Made by a program: the position numbers and the translations under genes
Shown here: positions 38,715-54,366 of the stretch, piece after piece
How positions within the stretch are numbered: position 1 is the first letter of the stretch
Layout of the letters: every line of letters begins with the position of its first letter
Origin: Kudoa neothunni
Taxonomy: Eukaryota; Animalia; Cnidaria
Reading direction: 5' to 3'
Assembly: GCA_964304625.1 (NCBI GenBank)
Contig: OZ199838.1
Span: 8,479,704 to 8,543,703, forward strand
Length of the DNA: 64,000 bases
Notes under the pieces: generated by a model
The model's database searches: none
The model's input: only the letters and a program-made list of their open reading frames with translations
What the model was told of the DNA's origin: nothing

Positions 38715-38738
38715 TTAAGGTTATAGTTCGGTCTAGTT

Positions 38739-40646
<1,908 letters not shown>

Positions 40647-41241
40647 ATTGAAAAAAACTTTAGGATTAAAAATAGGAAGGGATATAATTGGTATTTATCC
40701 TTCATTTGAAAATATGTTTACACTAAATATTTTATTCTTCTTGAATCAGTTACCTCACTTATGATTTATGGAAGTATACAAATTATCCAAAGTTAGTTCA
40801 TAATCTATTATTATTTAATTAACATTGATAACTTCATTAGTTATTTAGGATTTTATTATTGTTTGTTTATTTGTGGGGTGACAATATTCAGCTAACGAGA
40901 TTTAGGTAAAAAATTTTCTTATCATTAAATTTTACACAAAAGCATGCATATCTTGCAAGATTGGGGAATTTTATTCTCTAATTGACAGTGCAATAATGAA
41001 GATTGTGGCATCTAAAGACCATCTTCACTAATCAAATTTTTCTTTTAATATTTGTTTTTGAAAGCAAAGAAATTATGGACTCTATAGTACCACCACAAAG
41101 GTCACTTTTAAATTTATAGATTGCAACAAAAAGAGACTTGGAGCACGTGTTATCTCCATTATGTTGTTCTTACTTCGGAATTTTGTTTATTTTTTTTACA
41201 ATCCTATTTAATTATTTTGAATGTTTTAGTATAATTTTTTT

Positions 41242-42299
41242 GGATCACATTTGATTTAGCTCCCCCCCCCCCCGTTAAAATTTCCGTTTTTACTGATTAT
41301 TAATTAATACGTTTGTGGATGTGCCGCCGTTAATATTACCTCATTAGATAGATTAAGCCGACAAAGTATACTATTTAACGGTTATCTACCGATTATCATT
41401 AGATCTGCGCAAATGATTTCTCCAAGAAGATCTTTTGGTAATATTTTTTGTAATGAGGATAAATCTATACAATATCTTATCAATATTGGTATCTTCAATG
41501 CACCAACTAACTGAATAAAATGTAATGGAACAAGCCATCCCATACATCGAAAAAATTGGCGATGCTGCTCCAAAATGTGCAGAAAATTAAACTCCACGAT
41601 TTTCTTGAGTTATCGTATTACTGGTTGGTGGGTGCAAAAAGTGTTAACCTGGGAATAATTATCGAACACTCTTCTCAAACAATCACCAATTACTGTCACT
41701 ATCTTCGCCAGCTGGTAGCAGATAGTCTTGACTTTGAGGATATGGTTATTGAAGGAGAAAATATAATTATAGAGACTGATGAGTCTAAATTTCGAAAGGT
41801 GAAGCATAACAGAGGGTATGGCGTTAATGGAGCATGGGTTCCTGGCAGAACCGCTGAGACTCTTATCCATAAAATTCAAACGTACGTCCATCCTGGCTCT
41901 ATTATAAATGATTGCTTCAAAAGTTATGGAACACTACATAATTTCTACGCTCACCTCACTGTAAATCACATATAGAATATATAGATAGTACTACAGGAGC
42001 TCATACAAACACCATTGAATGCACTTGGGGTGCTATCAAATATAAAATATCACCAAGAAACAGGACATCTTCGGTTAATGAAGATGGTTCTGTCTGTATG
42101 GATGGTATCAACGAATTCCTCGGTGAATTTCAATGGAGAAGGAAAAACAATAACTATTTATGGGATGGCTTTATATCATCGTTAAAAAAAGTTTAGTTTA
42201 CTATAAATTCGATTTGTATTTGTTGTGTTTTCATTTTTTTTTACGATCGCGCTAATCTATGGTAATTTGAGATTAGGGGGTTTATATCAAAGTTCAGCC
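41242..42299 (+). mobile_element. Degraded Merlin transposon
   Basis: Motifs IIETDESKFRKVKHNRG, VHPGSI and GAHTNTIE; imperfect 24-bp TIRs; 8-bp TSD attttttt/attttgtt. Confidence 0.85.
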
Positions 42300-42593
42300 A
42301 TTTTGTTGATTAATTCAATGCTTAAATGCACTATCAGAGTCCATATTTTTAAATTTTCGTATATTACGAAGAAAAGTGCTTTTTTTGTAAGTATAAACAT
42401 TTTTTTCAGTTTATCAATATTTTTTTTGGGGGGGGGGGGGGGTGTTTTGTTCAAACATAAAAAATTATACGTACTTTTCCTAACAAATTTGTACAATTAT
42501 TTTTTTAAAATTATGTAATAAACTAGCGCAAAAGCCCCGCTTCGCGTAGACTAACACTTGGCGCAGACCAGTGCCTTTTGGATTTCTAAGTAA

Positions 42594-45431
42594 CTAGCGC
42601 TAGTGCCCAGTTTTGCCTGGTACAATGTTATAGAAAACTTAGACTTTTAATTTTATTTTTGAATGGAGAAATTTTACGGAAGAGTTAATCTAATCAGCAC
42701 TTTAAACCCTGTAAATTTTGTTTCTATTTTAATTTATGCATTTTAAAGCTTGTCATTATTTTTTGCAATGTGATGATTTAGAAAAACAAAATTATGCCCC
42801 CACTTTATATTCAAATATAAATAGAGGTATTGAGGGAAATTAATGAGTATTTTTAAGTTTATTTCACAAATTATTGACCAAAACTATGATGACCTTAATT
42901 TTAAGAGAAATGTAATTAGCGATTAAAATCCAGTTATTGTGAAACAAAATCATTAAGTAACTTAAATAAAACTTTCAGTTATTTTCAAAATCTTACGATA
43001 GAAATTAATCCTTCTAATTATAAAATGTATTATTAGTCTACAAACGATAAAAAAATAAAAGCAACCCAAGATGCGTCAGAAACAAAAATATTAATTGTTG
43101 CTCCTTTTTTCGCAAATTTATAAGGACGCCAACGATGTTTTAGAAAGCTGTGAGCGGTAACTTACGTATTCATTATTGTAACAAAATCCCCCATTTATAA
43201 ATAAATCCAATCTTGCTTTTTATCAAGAATACTTACTGGTTCAAAAATATACACATTTAATTAACAAAATACGATTAAATCAAAAATGTAAAGGTGTTTT
43301 TGGTTTGAAAAATTACAGTAATGCTTAAACATCAACTGGTTTTCTTGAAGGAATGCACCCTTTAAAAAATAACGTACTGTTGATTGCTCTAAACAAATTC
43401 CTTCGTATTGAACTATTCGTAGATTAACGAAAACTTTGTGAAAATATCGGTTAGATTGAATAGACCCAATAATTTTCTTATTAACTTACATGGCACGTAT
43501 TGAGAAGGGATTGTATTTTGTGCAAAAGTAATCATGAATAAAAACTTATTGAAAAGACGAATATAGCTTCAATCTCAATCGATATATTTGATAAAAAGAA
43601 ATATTCATATCTCAGGAATTCCAATGGAGCATAATTTTCATTTAAGTCACTACAAAATTTTAATTATTATTATTATAAAAAACAATTAAATCTATAGTGA
43701 TTTGTTTTTGTTTTAAATTCTTCCTTTTTAATGAGCGATTTTTCCATTATCGGATCTATCCAAACGGCAGTATTCCTCTGATTTTTCTTTGCCATCCACA
43801 ACTTGTGATCATTTTAATACATATAGCCTAGTACCATAAACTAAATATAGAATAATAACGAAAACAATTTAATATTCCGGATTTCAGGAATTCTAATAAA
43901 GTATAATTTCTATTTAAAATGATCATAATCTATTTCGCTTAACTATATCCATAACGCTTGAAAAGAGAAAACACATCCCAAATAATTTGTTTATGCTTCA
44001 CATTTTAGGGGAAATGCAACAACTCTTGTAAATGTGACGTCAATAGTTTTATTTGTCTTAAAGTAACTCCTAACAGGCATATGTAAAATTTTTAGAACAT
44101 TCTACACCATAATTAAGAGACTCTTTTTCTATATAATGAGTAAAAAGTTCATTCTAATTGAGTATCACTCTGAAGAAAACAACTATTAAATACTATACAG
44201 GTACTTTTTTATCTGCTATTTGAGTAAACAACAAGAAAATACCTTACTTCTAATTGCAGTATTTCTTATATTTATACTTCTAAGTAAATTAGCGATTTTT
44301 ATTGATTTTATCATCTATTCAAGTGCAATCTAAAAGCTGTATTTAAAAAAAGTTCCTTCATGGCACATGCGTACTGCTGAAAACACACACTGACACACAG
44401 AACTTTAGATATCAGGGATGGCAAGACGTGCCTAGATCGGGAGCCAACATTAAGGTTGAGCAGATTTTCGAAATCCACAAGACATTAAAATCATTTATGA
44501 ATCTCTTCCTTATTTAAATCTTATATTTTTGGGAAATTTTTTTAAATGTTAAAGTAAAATGTAGTAGATTATAATTAATGAATTTGTTATTTTTTCTTAT
44601 TAAATGAATCGCAAAAAAACTTGCATATAATTTATGATTGTTTTCCCAACAAAGTAAATTAGTAGTCAATCAATGATCCATGAAACTTTTCTCTATGAAA
44701 AACGTCGCGAAAATAATAAAATATTTTTCATATTTAATCATGTATGATAGTCTGACAGCGAATAAAATTGAATAATTACGAATAAAGTAATAACACAAGA
44801 TTTTAATGCTTTCGAAAATTTATTGCTTAGAAATTGTTTTGAATGTTACAAGTTTTTTGTTTCCGCATCATCTGTGAGCTGACGTAATCCGGTTCGTATG
44901 CTGTTAACGTTGTACGAATTAGTCCCGTCAGGTGTTTGTTTGTGAGGAAGGGATACGCGATGCTCCGATTTTACAAATTTCATCGTTGAATGAATAAACT
45001 CACAACAATAAGTTGTTAAAATATAGAAACAAGTTGAGGCAAATTCCTTTTAATCTTGAGTCTTTAGTTTCTGGATCGTATTTCCAGAACTCGCTTGGTG
45101 AGTTGGAATTACGAATCATGTTTAAGTTTTAATTTCTGTTTTATTCTTCCGATATGTATCATTTTGATAATGGATAAACACTAGTTTTAAATGTGTTTCC
45201 TAATGAAACTAGTAATAATTCAAGTTTGTATCAAATATTAAAACTATACGGTAATTTGTAATTATGTTTTCCAATTAAAAATATTATTTAGTTTAAGATT
45301 AAAGATTTAATTTCTTCACTTGATTAAATAGTTTAAACTTTTCGGGTTTCCCCAATTAACGTGCTGATTGAATTTAAAAAAAAAATTTTTTCAAGAGCCA
45401 TGGTTTGGCCACTCCTGATATAGTAGACAGA
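42594..45431 (-). mobile_element. Non-autonomous Helitron, copy 2 (contains a hAT insertion)
   Basis: Minus-strand 3' end is CCAGGCAAAACTGG gcactagcg CTAG T; long inverted homology to 24195-27051; 5' TC end is at ~45431 or 45445. Confidence 0.85.
44413..45417 (-). mobile_element. Non-autonomous hAT (GTF2IRD2/Buster-like), copy 2
   Basis: TIRs CAGGGATGGCAA and TGGCCACTCCTG; colinear with 31581-32597; inserted in the (AT)n tract near the Helitron 5' end; no clean TSD. Confidence 0.88.
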
Positions 45432-45682
45432 TAATAGGTAGTAGATAAAGGATTATAAAAATTTTTGGATAATTCTGAAGAAAATGTTTTGTGTCAAACA
45501 TCTCTTACAACGAGAGAAATACTGCATGGACAAGCTAATCTAGTGAGGGCATTAAGCATGAAAGTCAGAAAAAACAATGAGTAGACGGTAAATTCGCATT
45601 TAAGAAAACAAACATCAACACTCTAAATAATTTAATCAAATAATGAGTTTGTATTGAATGTGTAGGTCAAAATTCTGTTTAA

Positions 45683-47309
45683 TTAGAATCTTTTGATTCC
45701 GAATACCAGATATAGAATCAGTATAACAAAAACTATAGTGCTGAAAGCTCCGTAGCATGCAGCAAAAACATAGGCTACGTATTGTTTTCTGGTCCAAGAT
45801 GTTCCATATCCGCTTTCAGGGATAGGTGTGGATGGAGTTCCATCTCTGTCGCACATCTCATCAACATCAGGTTCGAATAATTTCTCAAAAACTCTTCAAT
45901 GGTGTTATTAAAAAGTTACGGTAATAATAAATCACTTCATGAACTCCATCAGTGTACATTCTTTGCCTTCATTACATGCAGGTAATGATACTTGTGTATA
46001 TTTCTTAGTATCTCCTGAATAAAATACTTTAAAAACAAGTCTTTTAGCGTTATTTTCAGTAATTTCTTGTAGTTCAAGAGCCAGCGATGCAGCAAAAGGT
46101 AAGATATCATCTAATGGGGCTCCGAATGCGGATAACAACGCATAAATTGTAACATCATGCTATTTTGATATCAAGAGTAATTGCCATAGGCGATTATATG
46201 AAATTACAGTCGAATAGATGTATAGCTTTCGTTTATCGTGTTTCTCATCCATTTCTTTATTATTTAAGAGATATTCTGGTATGGCTTGTTTAGCATCATC
46301 AGGCAAGAATCGAACCATATGTTGTGCCACAGTATACAATAGGTTGCCTATCAGAACTTTTTGAACCTTTTCATTTTTGCTTGAATAAGTTTGTGAAATA
46401 ATAAATTTAGCTGACATGGTCAGTTTATCGTATATATCTTTGGTTAACCAGTCCGGCAGTTTTTTTGCACTAAGCGTCTCTATAAGTGACTCATCATAGA
46501 CATCCAGCACTTTTTTAAGATCTGGTTCATATCCTGTATTTTCGTAGATTTTATTGAGAAAATCCTACGTGGTTTAATAAATCACAAAATTTTATATTCT
46601 GTCGTTTAATTATGAGAAATAATAATACTTTATTTTTATTGATAAAGTCCAACCAAGGCTCACTTGTCATTATTTCATCCAAATATTTATCCCTTAAAGG
46701 ACAGTCCATTTTAAGAATTCTCAACTATATCGGTACCAAAGTCAGGTTATAGATGGTAATATTCAAAAGTGTATTTACTGTATCATTAATTGGGGAAACA
46801 GTCTGAACAGGTAGCGGTTGCCATAAAATAGTGTCCTCAAATTGGTTTTCTTTTTTCGGTGGGTACATGCCAGCCAAAAATGCCTCAGCAGACATCAAGC
46901 ATCTCTCACTACCACTACTTTTCACGTGTATTTCGTCAAAGTTGTAATCCTCGCTGGAAAATTTTTGCTTGTTAATGTATTCAGCTTTTATTTTCTTCCC
47001 CAGATTGTACATTTGGGTTGCTCCTTTCTAAACAAATTATTTTTCGGATCTTGGGTTAGTATAGTTGCACATGGGTTACTTTCTGAAGTGTTGCTAAACC
47101 TCCAACCCAATTTTGATTGGTTGATTTAGGATAGACGGCGTATGGATTTCGTTGGCCATGTCTAAAAATCTGAAAAAATATGCTAAATATGCCTCATTAT
47201 TTCCATATACCATATGTGACATGAGTAATTTTTCATCACATTGGTAAACGTCCAATATGGCGCACAAAACGAGAACAACCACCAAAAAAATTGTTTTAAT
47301 GCACACCAT
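45683..47309 (-). CDS. Type I membrane histidine acid phosphatase (lysosomal/prostatic family), 7 exons
   Basis: Signal peptide; spliced IFRHGQRNP (RHGxRxP); RCLMSAEAFLAGMYPP; WQPLPVQT; YST/HD catalytic motif; C-terminal TM helix followed by GIKRF*. No frameshifts. Confidence 0.93.
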
Positions 47310-48054
47310 TTTCTCAATTTATTCTGTTGATGATATAAGTCATTAATTTGAGTTTATATATCAATAATTTAAGCCGATTTTCGTTTTTTGACTGGTAACA
47401 ATAAATAACATTACAATAGGTTCATTTTTCTGATATAACTCGTTTAAGAATTTTAATTAAAGCTGTCAGACTTTGATTTTTGTATTTGCATATTAGTTTA
47501 TATCGCTTGAAATGGTTCGCTACTATCTGATTAATTGAATAAACAACCTGTATGGTACTTTAATATTGGGATTAAATCTGATGAGACATTTCTCAAACCT
47601 ACTTAAATAATCGTGTTTACTAAATAAACTGAATTATAAAATTAACTTCTTAACTTTAAAAATCATTTCGGCTATTAATAAAAAATGTTAAATTAAGCAC
47701 CGAAATTCTAACTGTTTAATAAGATTTTGTATCAATATTATAAATTAGTCATGCAGCAGCCAAAATATTCGTATTCTGTAATGAGTCAGTTTCAAATATT
47801 ATAACTTATTTTAAAACAGAGTTGTTGCATAAGTACATTATTTTATTTTCTATAAGACATCTAATGAAACCCAAAAAATACTTTGGCGATATCAATATTT
47901 TTTTAATCCCTTATAAGAGTGATCATACAGGTACCTTAAAAAATATTGATATTTTGTCAGTATTCGCCTAAAAAGCCCTATATTGCAGGTAGCACAACTA
48001 ACTCCGACAGATATTACGGACTTGAAACAAGCCATTACACAATTTTGAATTTAA

Positions 48055-50156
48055 CCCTTTCACGTTCTATTTTTTGTTTTTATAAAGATATATATTGTTA
48101 ATGAGGCATCTATTAGTAAAAATTTTAAATTTTAATTTTATCATGCGGATTTTTTAGATCTTGTTCATGTGCATTTAAATATCCACTGGGATTAAATGGT
48201 AAAAAAGTTGAAAATGAACAAAAGTTTTAAAATAACTATTCTAAGATTATACTTAATAAATAATTATTTTAAATTTCAAAATTCATGAAAAAATTTCTAA
48301 CAAATAACCCTAAACAGCACGTCTCCCATGAATCATCTCCAAATTTGTTTCATGTTTCATAGTAATAATATATATATATATATATATAGATTTATACTGT
48401 CAACATAATGCAATTTTGTTATTATAAATTTATTTTGTAACACGTATTTCTTCGGCTTATTTAATTTCACTGAGATGAGAAAACAAAATTACGTAACAAT
48501 TTGCAAGAAAATAAAACGCAATATAATGAAACGTACAGATTAATCCAAATTAATTAATTAATTTCGTTTTTGATAAAATTCGTAGAGACAATTCCTTTCT
48601 TTAATCTGGAAACATCTCGCTTTGCATTTAATGCATTTGATTTGCGTGATACTTTGGCAAAGTTTACATCTTGTGCATGTGAGCGTGACTTCGGGGGAAT
48701 GCCCAACATTGTCGAATCGGATACGAATATCGTCAGAAAGAGAGGAATTCACGATTTTCCGGCTTAATGAATTTTCCAATTCATTCTCTACTGATAATGA
48801 TGGTCTCCCGCGCTTTAATTTCACGGTTGGTCCCTTTTTAAAAGATATTAAACTCGCACACAAAATACGTGAAATTCGATAAATCTAATATTTCGCTCTC
48901 GTTTGTTTTTCTTGATTTACTGTTTCTCTTGTATAATAACCAAGAGTTCATCATAGCTGTATTTATTCCCCAATAAAATATCCTCAAGTTAACATTTTAA
49001 ACCGCATTCGGCAGGCTTTCTGGGCATATATTGCTTTTAACAGCACCTACCTCTAAATGGTATCATCTGTTCATCTACAGATAACTTCCTTACGGGTTGA
49101 ATCTTTAAGCAATCTAATCATAAGTGGTCCAAAATGATCTTATTTTCCAAAACCTATCAAAATCAGGATTGGATTGTTGGGTGACTATTTTGTCATTATG
49201 TTTGAAATGACGAAATTTTGAAATCAGCTCAAATCTACGGTGTGTGAACAAGTTTGCAATTGGCTCAAACTTAAAACATTTTTGCGAATAACAACGATAT
49301 CTAGGCATCCTTATTATAACCATTAAGATGAGGACTCCAATATACTTATCTGTTTCACCATTATCAACTTTGAAACATGAATTAGACTGTCTGGAATAAA
49401 GGTTCGTTTGTTCAACCATCAAATCTATGAAGGATTTATTGATAAATTGGTTGAAGTAATCGATAGGATTAAAAGTTCATTTATATCTTCAAAATAGCGC
49501 TCTGAACTCTCAAAATCAATAATGTCATCTAAAGTTTCTTGTTCTACATCAAAATTAAATTTGAAGTTCGAGTTGCATTTATCCTCATCAGTAGCCTCAT
49601 TATGGTTTTTAAAGTAGTCATGCATTATTTAAAAGTATCGATATTTTCATTTTCTGAACATATCTCGGGTTCTAAAATATCGCCATCGGGCAGAAAAACT
49701 ATTTCTTATTCAATTTTTCGACTTTTCGCAGATATGTCCGGAATATCGTAATGAGTATCTTCACCGCGTGCGTGCCACGAGATCCCAGTGTGCATTTAAG
49801 TGTACTAACTGTAATACTCAAATAACTATTTATTCTTATAACTTTTTCGAAAATACTCTCATACATTTTATTATTTGTTATGAACAATTCATGATATTTT
49901 TTAAAGTTGACATTGATAATTAACACTGATCAATTTTACGTGTGCAATCTTTCACATTTGGAGCATGCTCAATATATAGATGAAAAACTTAATATTTTCT
50001 TAAATTTCCAAGGAAAATTATTCATACTTTGAAATAATGGTGACAATCAGATATTGATCATGATCCATTAAATATGTTATATAAAGTGGTAGTTAAGTGT
50101 ATTAAAAGATTGTGCTTTTCTTATGTGCATTCAAACGCACACTGGACGCGAAAGGG
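48055..50156 (-). mobile_element. Degraded piggyBac (PGBD2/3-like), first of a tandem stack
   Basis: TTAA-CCCTTTCACGT...ACGCGAAAGGG-TTAA; fragments EQTNLYS, DRFWKIRS, SVDEQMIPF and RFDNVGH..RCKLC. Confidence 0.9.
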
Positions 50157-50160
50157 TTAA

Positions 50161-52511
50161 CCCTTTCACGCCTGAATTTTTATTCATCGATGAAATAAAT
50201 ATATAAATTTAAATAAGTAATTTTAATTGAAAAACGATATTTATTTTCTTAAAATATCTTTTAACATTTCATAAAAATGGGTATTAAATGCTGTCCCGTA
50301 TACCCGACATCCGGCATTAATGGACTGGAATTTGTGTGCACGATAGAAACCGAAAGGAATTGCTTAAAGAACAAAAAATAGTTTATAAAATATAAATTAG
50401 TTATCATTATAAATGTAGAAACAATTTCTACCATTCAAAGGACAACCTGAAGCGTTATATTTCAAAAATACTACTTGGGTTTTTCTTCCACAAATTTTAC
50501 ATCCTCTTTGAAATAAAGTTACTTCAGGCGGGTGGCCTATATTATCAAATCTTATTTGATCGGATAATGAAATGTATTTTTTTTTCCGTGGTAATTTTAT
50601 GTTTTCGTTTACGAGTTTGTCTGGATAATTGATTTTTATATAACAATGATTCACAAATTGAGTATGTAAAGGATAGCAGATCAAGAGTTTCCGCTTTTGA
50701 GGTATGGCGCATTTTCCACTGTCATCTATATAGCAACCATGAATTGGTTATCGCTGTATTGATACCCCAAAAAAATTCGCATGTAGAATTTTTCGCACTT
50801 GTGACTCAATCTATAAAGTGACATTAACATGTCAGACAGGTCAACACCTCCCATATTCTTGTTGTATTCTGATACGACAGCTGGACAATTTACTTTAACT
50901 CGCTTCTTTTGGCGCCTATCAAATCTGAATAAAGTTGTTAAAGATTCAATAGCAGAATGAGTTGATGATAACGTCACGACTGAATTATCGTACCGTCGAG
51001 TCAACACTAAACTTTCATTAGAACTTTGTGCAAAATCAAAAGCGCCACGTTATTTCTTCATTAGCTCTTTTTTTGAAGCAAAGGACATCCTTTCATTCGA
51101 TTATTCCGGATGGTTCCCACAGAATAAATGCCACTTTTTTTCAATATTATTTGCATCTTGAATGACGTAAACCAATTATCAAGGTACACTAGAAAATTTC
51201 TGTTTATAGGAAGATGCTCACATAACTAGATAACATAATCTCAAGAATTTAAGCCATAACTTACAGCGACCATAGGATGTTTACCATCTTAACAACTAAA
51301 GTTATAAACCATCCCACTTCTTCCACATAATGCAAAAACTTTAAACCCCGATTTTGTAGGTTTATTTGGAGCATATTGTTTTGCTCTACATTTACCCTTG
51401 AATGGAATCATCTATTCATCCGACGAATTGATAGTTTCAGAACTGATTTTTAAAAGCGGCATTCTCAAATGTTCCAAAAAGGGTCGAATTTTTGCAAATC
51501 GATCTAAGTATCGAGAAGATTGATCATTTGTAATATTTTCGTTGTCGTTAAAATGTAAATATTTTGATATCTGCTCGAATCTATCTCTCGAAAAGACATC
51601 AAAAATGGGGGGGGGGGGGGGGGGGATAATTAAAATACTTAGACCAATAACGTCTGTAACGGGGCGTTCGAACAATCCCCATCAAGATCAGTACTCCAAG
51701 TTAGCTTTCGATTTCTGGAACAGAGGTTCTAAAGTTAGAATTATTCTGGATTGTGCATCGATTTGATTCGACAACAATCAATTCAAGCAGTTAGTTCATT
51801 ATCGAATAATCTATCAAAATAATCTCTGGGATAAATTAACCCGTTTAAATTTTCAAAATGATCGTCATCGTTGGACAATTCCTGTGGCAAACCTATGCTG
51901 CTCAAGTTTTTTTTTCCATTTTATTTTTGAATTAATTTTGGAATCATCTGATGACACACATTCTTCTCTTTTCATACTTGATGATAGAATCACTGGATCG
52001 TCGTAAGAATACGTATCTGGTTCAGATATGTCAGCATCAGTTAGGCCAATGATTTCTGATAATTCGTTTTTACTTCCATCATTATTAGTCCGAATGTCAG
52101 GATCCATTGTGGCTAATCTAAATCCAGTACATGAGTGTCGGGTGTCCGGTATACGGACACGTGTTAAACATTGTATTATTTCAAAAATCATGCACCTGAT
52201 TCGTTTATAAATCTATCTATTTAATGAAATTAATTATTTGCACTACGTCAAATTTTTATTTTGGTAAATCATGAAAACCCTAAATGTTATGATCAAATTC
52301 TTTTGAATGCTGCAATGGTATAGTGGTTTTAACTTTAAATGCCTAATTTAATTATTATCATGTTTAGTGATAATTGTGAAATCTATTAATAAGAAACAAC
52401 TACTTTAATATATTATACCGACATTTATCACATTACGAAATTTCGTTTAAGTAAGTTTCAGAATTAGAGACAAATTGCTGTCCTGTATACCGGACATCCG
52501 GCACAAAAGGG
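50161..52511 (-). mobile_element. Degraded piggyBac (PGBD2/3-like), second of a tandem stack
   Basis: TTAA-CCCTTTCACGCC...GGCACAAAAGGG-TTAA; fragments DRFAKIRPF, YLDNWFT, YNKNMGGVDLSD and IRFDNIGH. Confidence 0.9.
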
Positions 52512-52520
52512 TTAAGTTAA

Positions 52521-53233
52521 CCCTCTAATGGTATATCTTTTTATACAGTAAACTAATTCCTAAAAGATTCCAGCTATTCTTCTAAAAAAATTTCGTCTTT
52601 GGGGTAAAATTTACCCCATGTTTTTTTTGGATTAAAAATATTTAAAAAATCAAATCCACTTCTAACTTAAATAAAATAAAATTCCTATGAATAATTTTTG
52701 CAGAAAGTAAGGAAATGTTAGATAAATTAATTATATCGCATGCGCGAAGCGTATGAAGATGTGTGATACTAATCATTTCATTGATGAATTTTGTTTTTCA
52801 GAGAATGAACATCATGTTGTTGATGAAAATGTCTTCTTATCGATGTTTCTTATTGAAAAATTGTTGGAAAAAATTGAGCATAGGGACATGTTAAAAACTG
52901 TGTTAACTTCTCATAACTTTCAAGAATCCTTCTTATGTTTTGTTTTAATATTTCAACTGGCGCAACACATTTAATTCCGCTGAATTAACGCAATTACTTT
53001 ATTAATGGAACATCGATGTGTACCGACATAAGACGGATCGTAGACGAAGCCGATTATCGCGGGGATTACGTCATAATTTAATATGCATTTGCCATTGTTT
53101 CATCCATAGGAATTAAAAATTATTCTACGATATTGATTATTAGATTCTTTAAAGTGTTATAATTCAAAAAAATGTGGGGTAAAATTTACCCCTAAGTCCA
53201 TTACACGTTCATCGTTTTGGGATCATTAGAGGG
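52521..53233. mobile_element. Non-autonomous piggyBac (713 bp), third of a tandem stack
   Basis: TTAA-CCCTCTAATG...CATTAGAGGG-TTAA; subterminal palindrome GGGGTAAAATTTACCCC near both ends. Confidence 0.9.
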
Positions 53234-54366
53234 TTAAAAAATCAATACATTTGAAAAAGGTGGGGCGAGATAGAAAAAAGGTTGGGAAAAGCGGTTCTAA
53301 AAGATTCTACCGAGGGTTGAATGTTCTTTAGATTTAAAATATGTTTTTTACCAAGACATAATTATTCTATTAATAAGATAAGATCAAATTTCTAAGCTGT
53401 TCATTTTTGAACTCCTCAATGACTTAATTGAATTATAACAACTGATAATTTTAAATTCCTCGTCAACATCCCTCTGTATCCTTGGCATGGTCAAATTTAC
53501 TACGCAATATCGAATCGAAACGAGGTTTCCGGACACTAGAATTGCTACACAATACAAAATTACCTCGCAATACGGAACAATTTCATATTAATTTTTTTAT
53601 TCATAAATAGTCTTAAACACATTTTAAGAGGATAATAATATAATTAGTACCTAGCAATATCGAGGCACGGCTGTATATTTTAATTAAGCACGTATAACGC
53701 TTCATTTTGATTAGATATGGTAATAAATGCTGGAAAACCTTTTGATAATGAGGACTGAGGTGCAGATGTATTTATTTTTGAATTTTTAACATCGCCATGT
53801 GAGCAGACATATTTAATATATCTGAAAATTAATTGTCCTTCCTTATTATTAACATTATCCGACTGATTATCTTCATTTTTAATTTTGATGCTCCTACCAA
53901 TTCTGTAAGAGAAACCAGATTCCTTAGTTTTAATGTAAGAACATTAAATTTTATAACAGTACTTTAATAAAATCATCAAGACATTGTTTCATTTCGGTAT
54001 ACGAAGAAAATTGACTTTTAAATAATCTATGTACACTTTCCGCCATATTAATTTATTAAGACCGACTCACTACCACTACACGTGAGGTCAAAAATAATAT
54101 AAACATATCGTTGCCAAATTATACTGTTAATTATAAGAGAAGACACTCGGCTGACTATTGTGCTTGCACATATACATCGATAATATGTTTCAAAAAATAA
54201 CAGTTAATTTTTATAATCTGTAATCATTTTACATACATAAATATCTGAAAAATATATTTTATCATGTTTATAAGCTATTTTGTTTGTAAAAGCGCTATAA
54301 CCTGTAGAAAAAAGCGAAATAATTATAATCCTATAATCCCCGCGCACGCACTGTATTTATGGAAAG

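Noticed and set aside
42428-42443. Long G/C runs (also ~41262-41273 and ~51607-51625) as functional G-quadruplex or poly-Gly/Pro coding
   Set aside because: They lie in decayed TE sequence, and homopolymer lengths are unreliable in this assembly.
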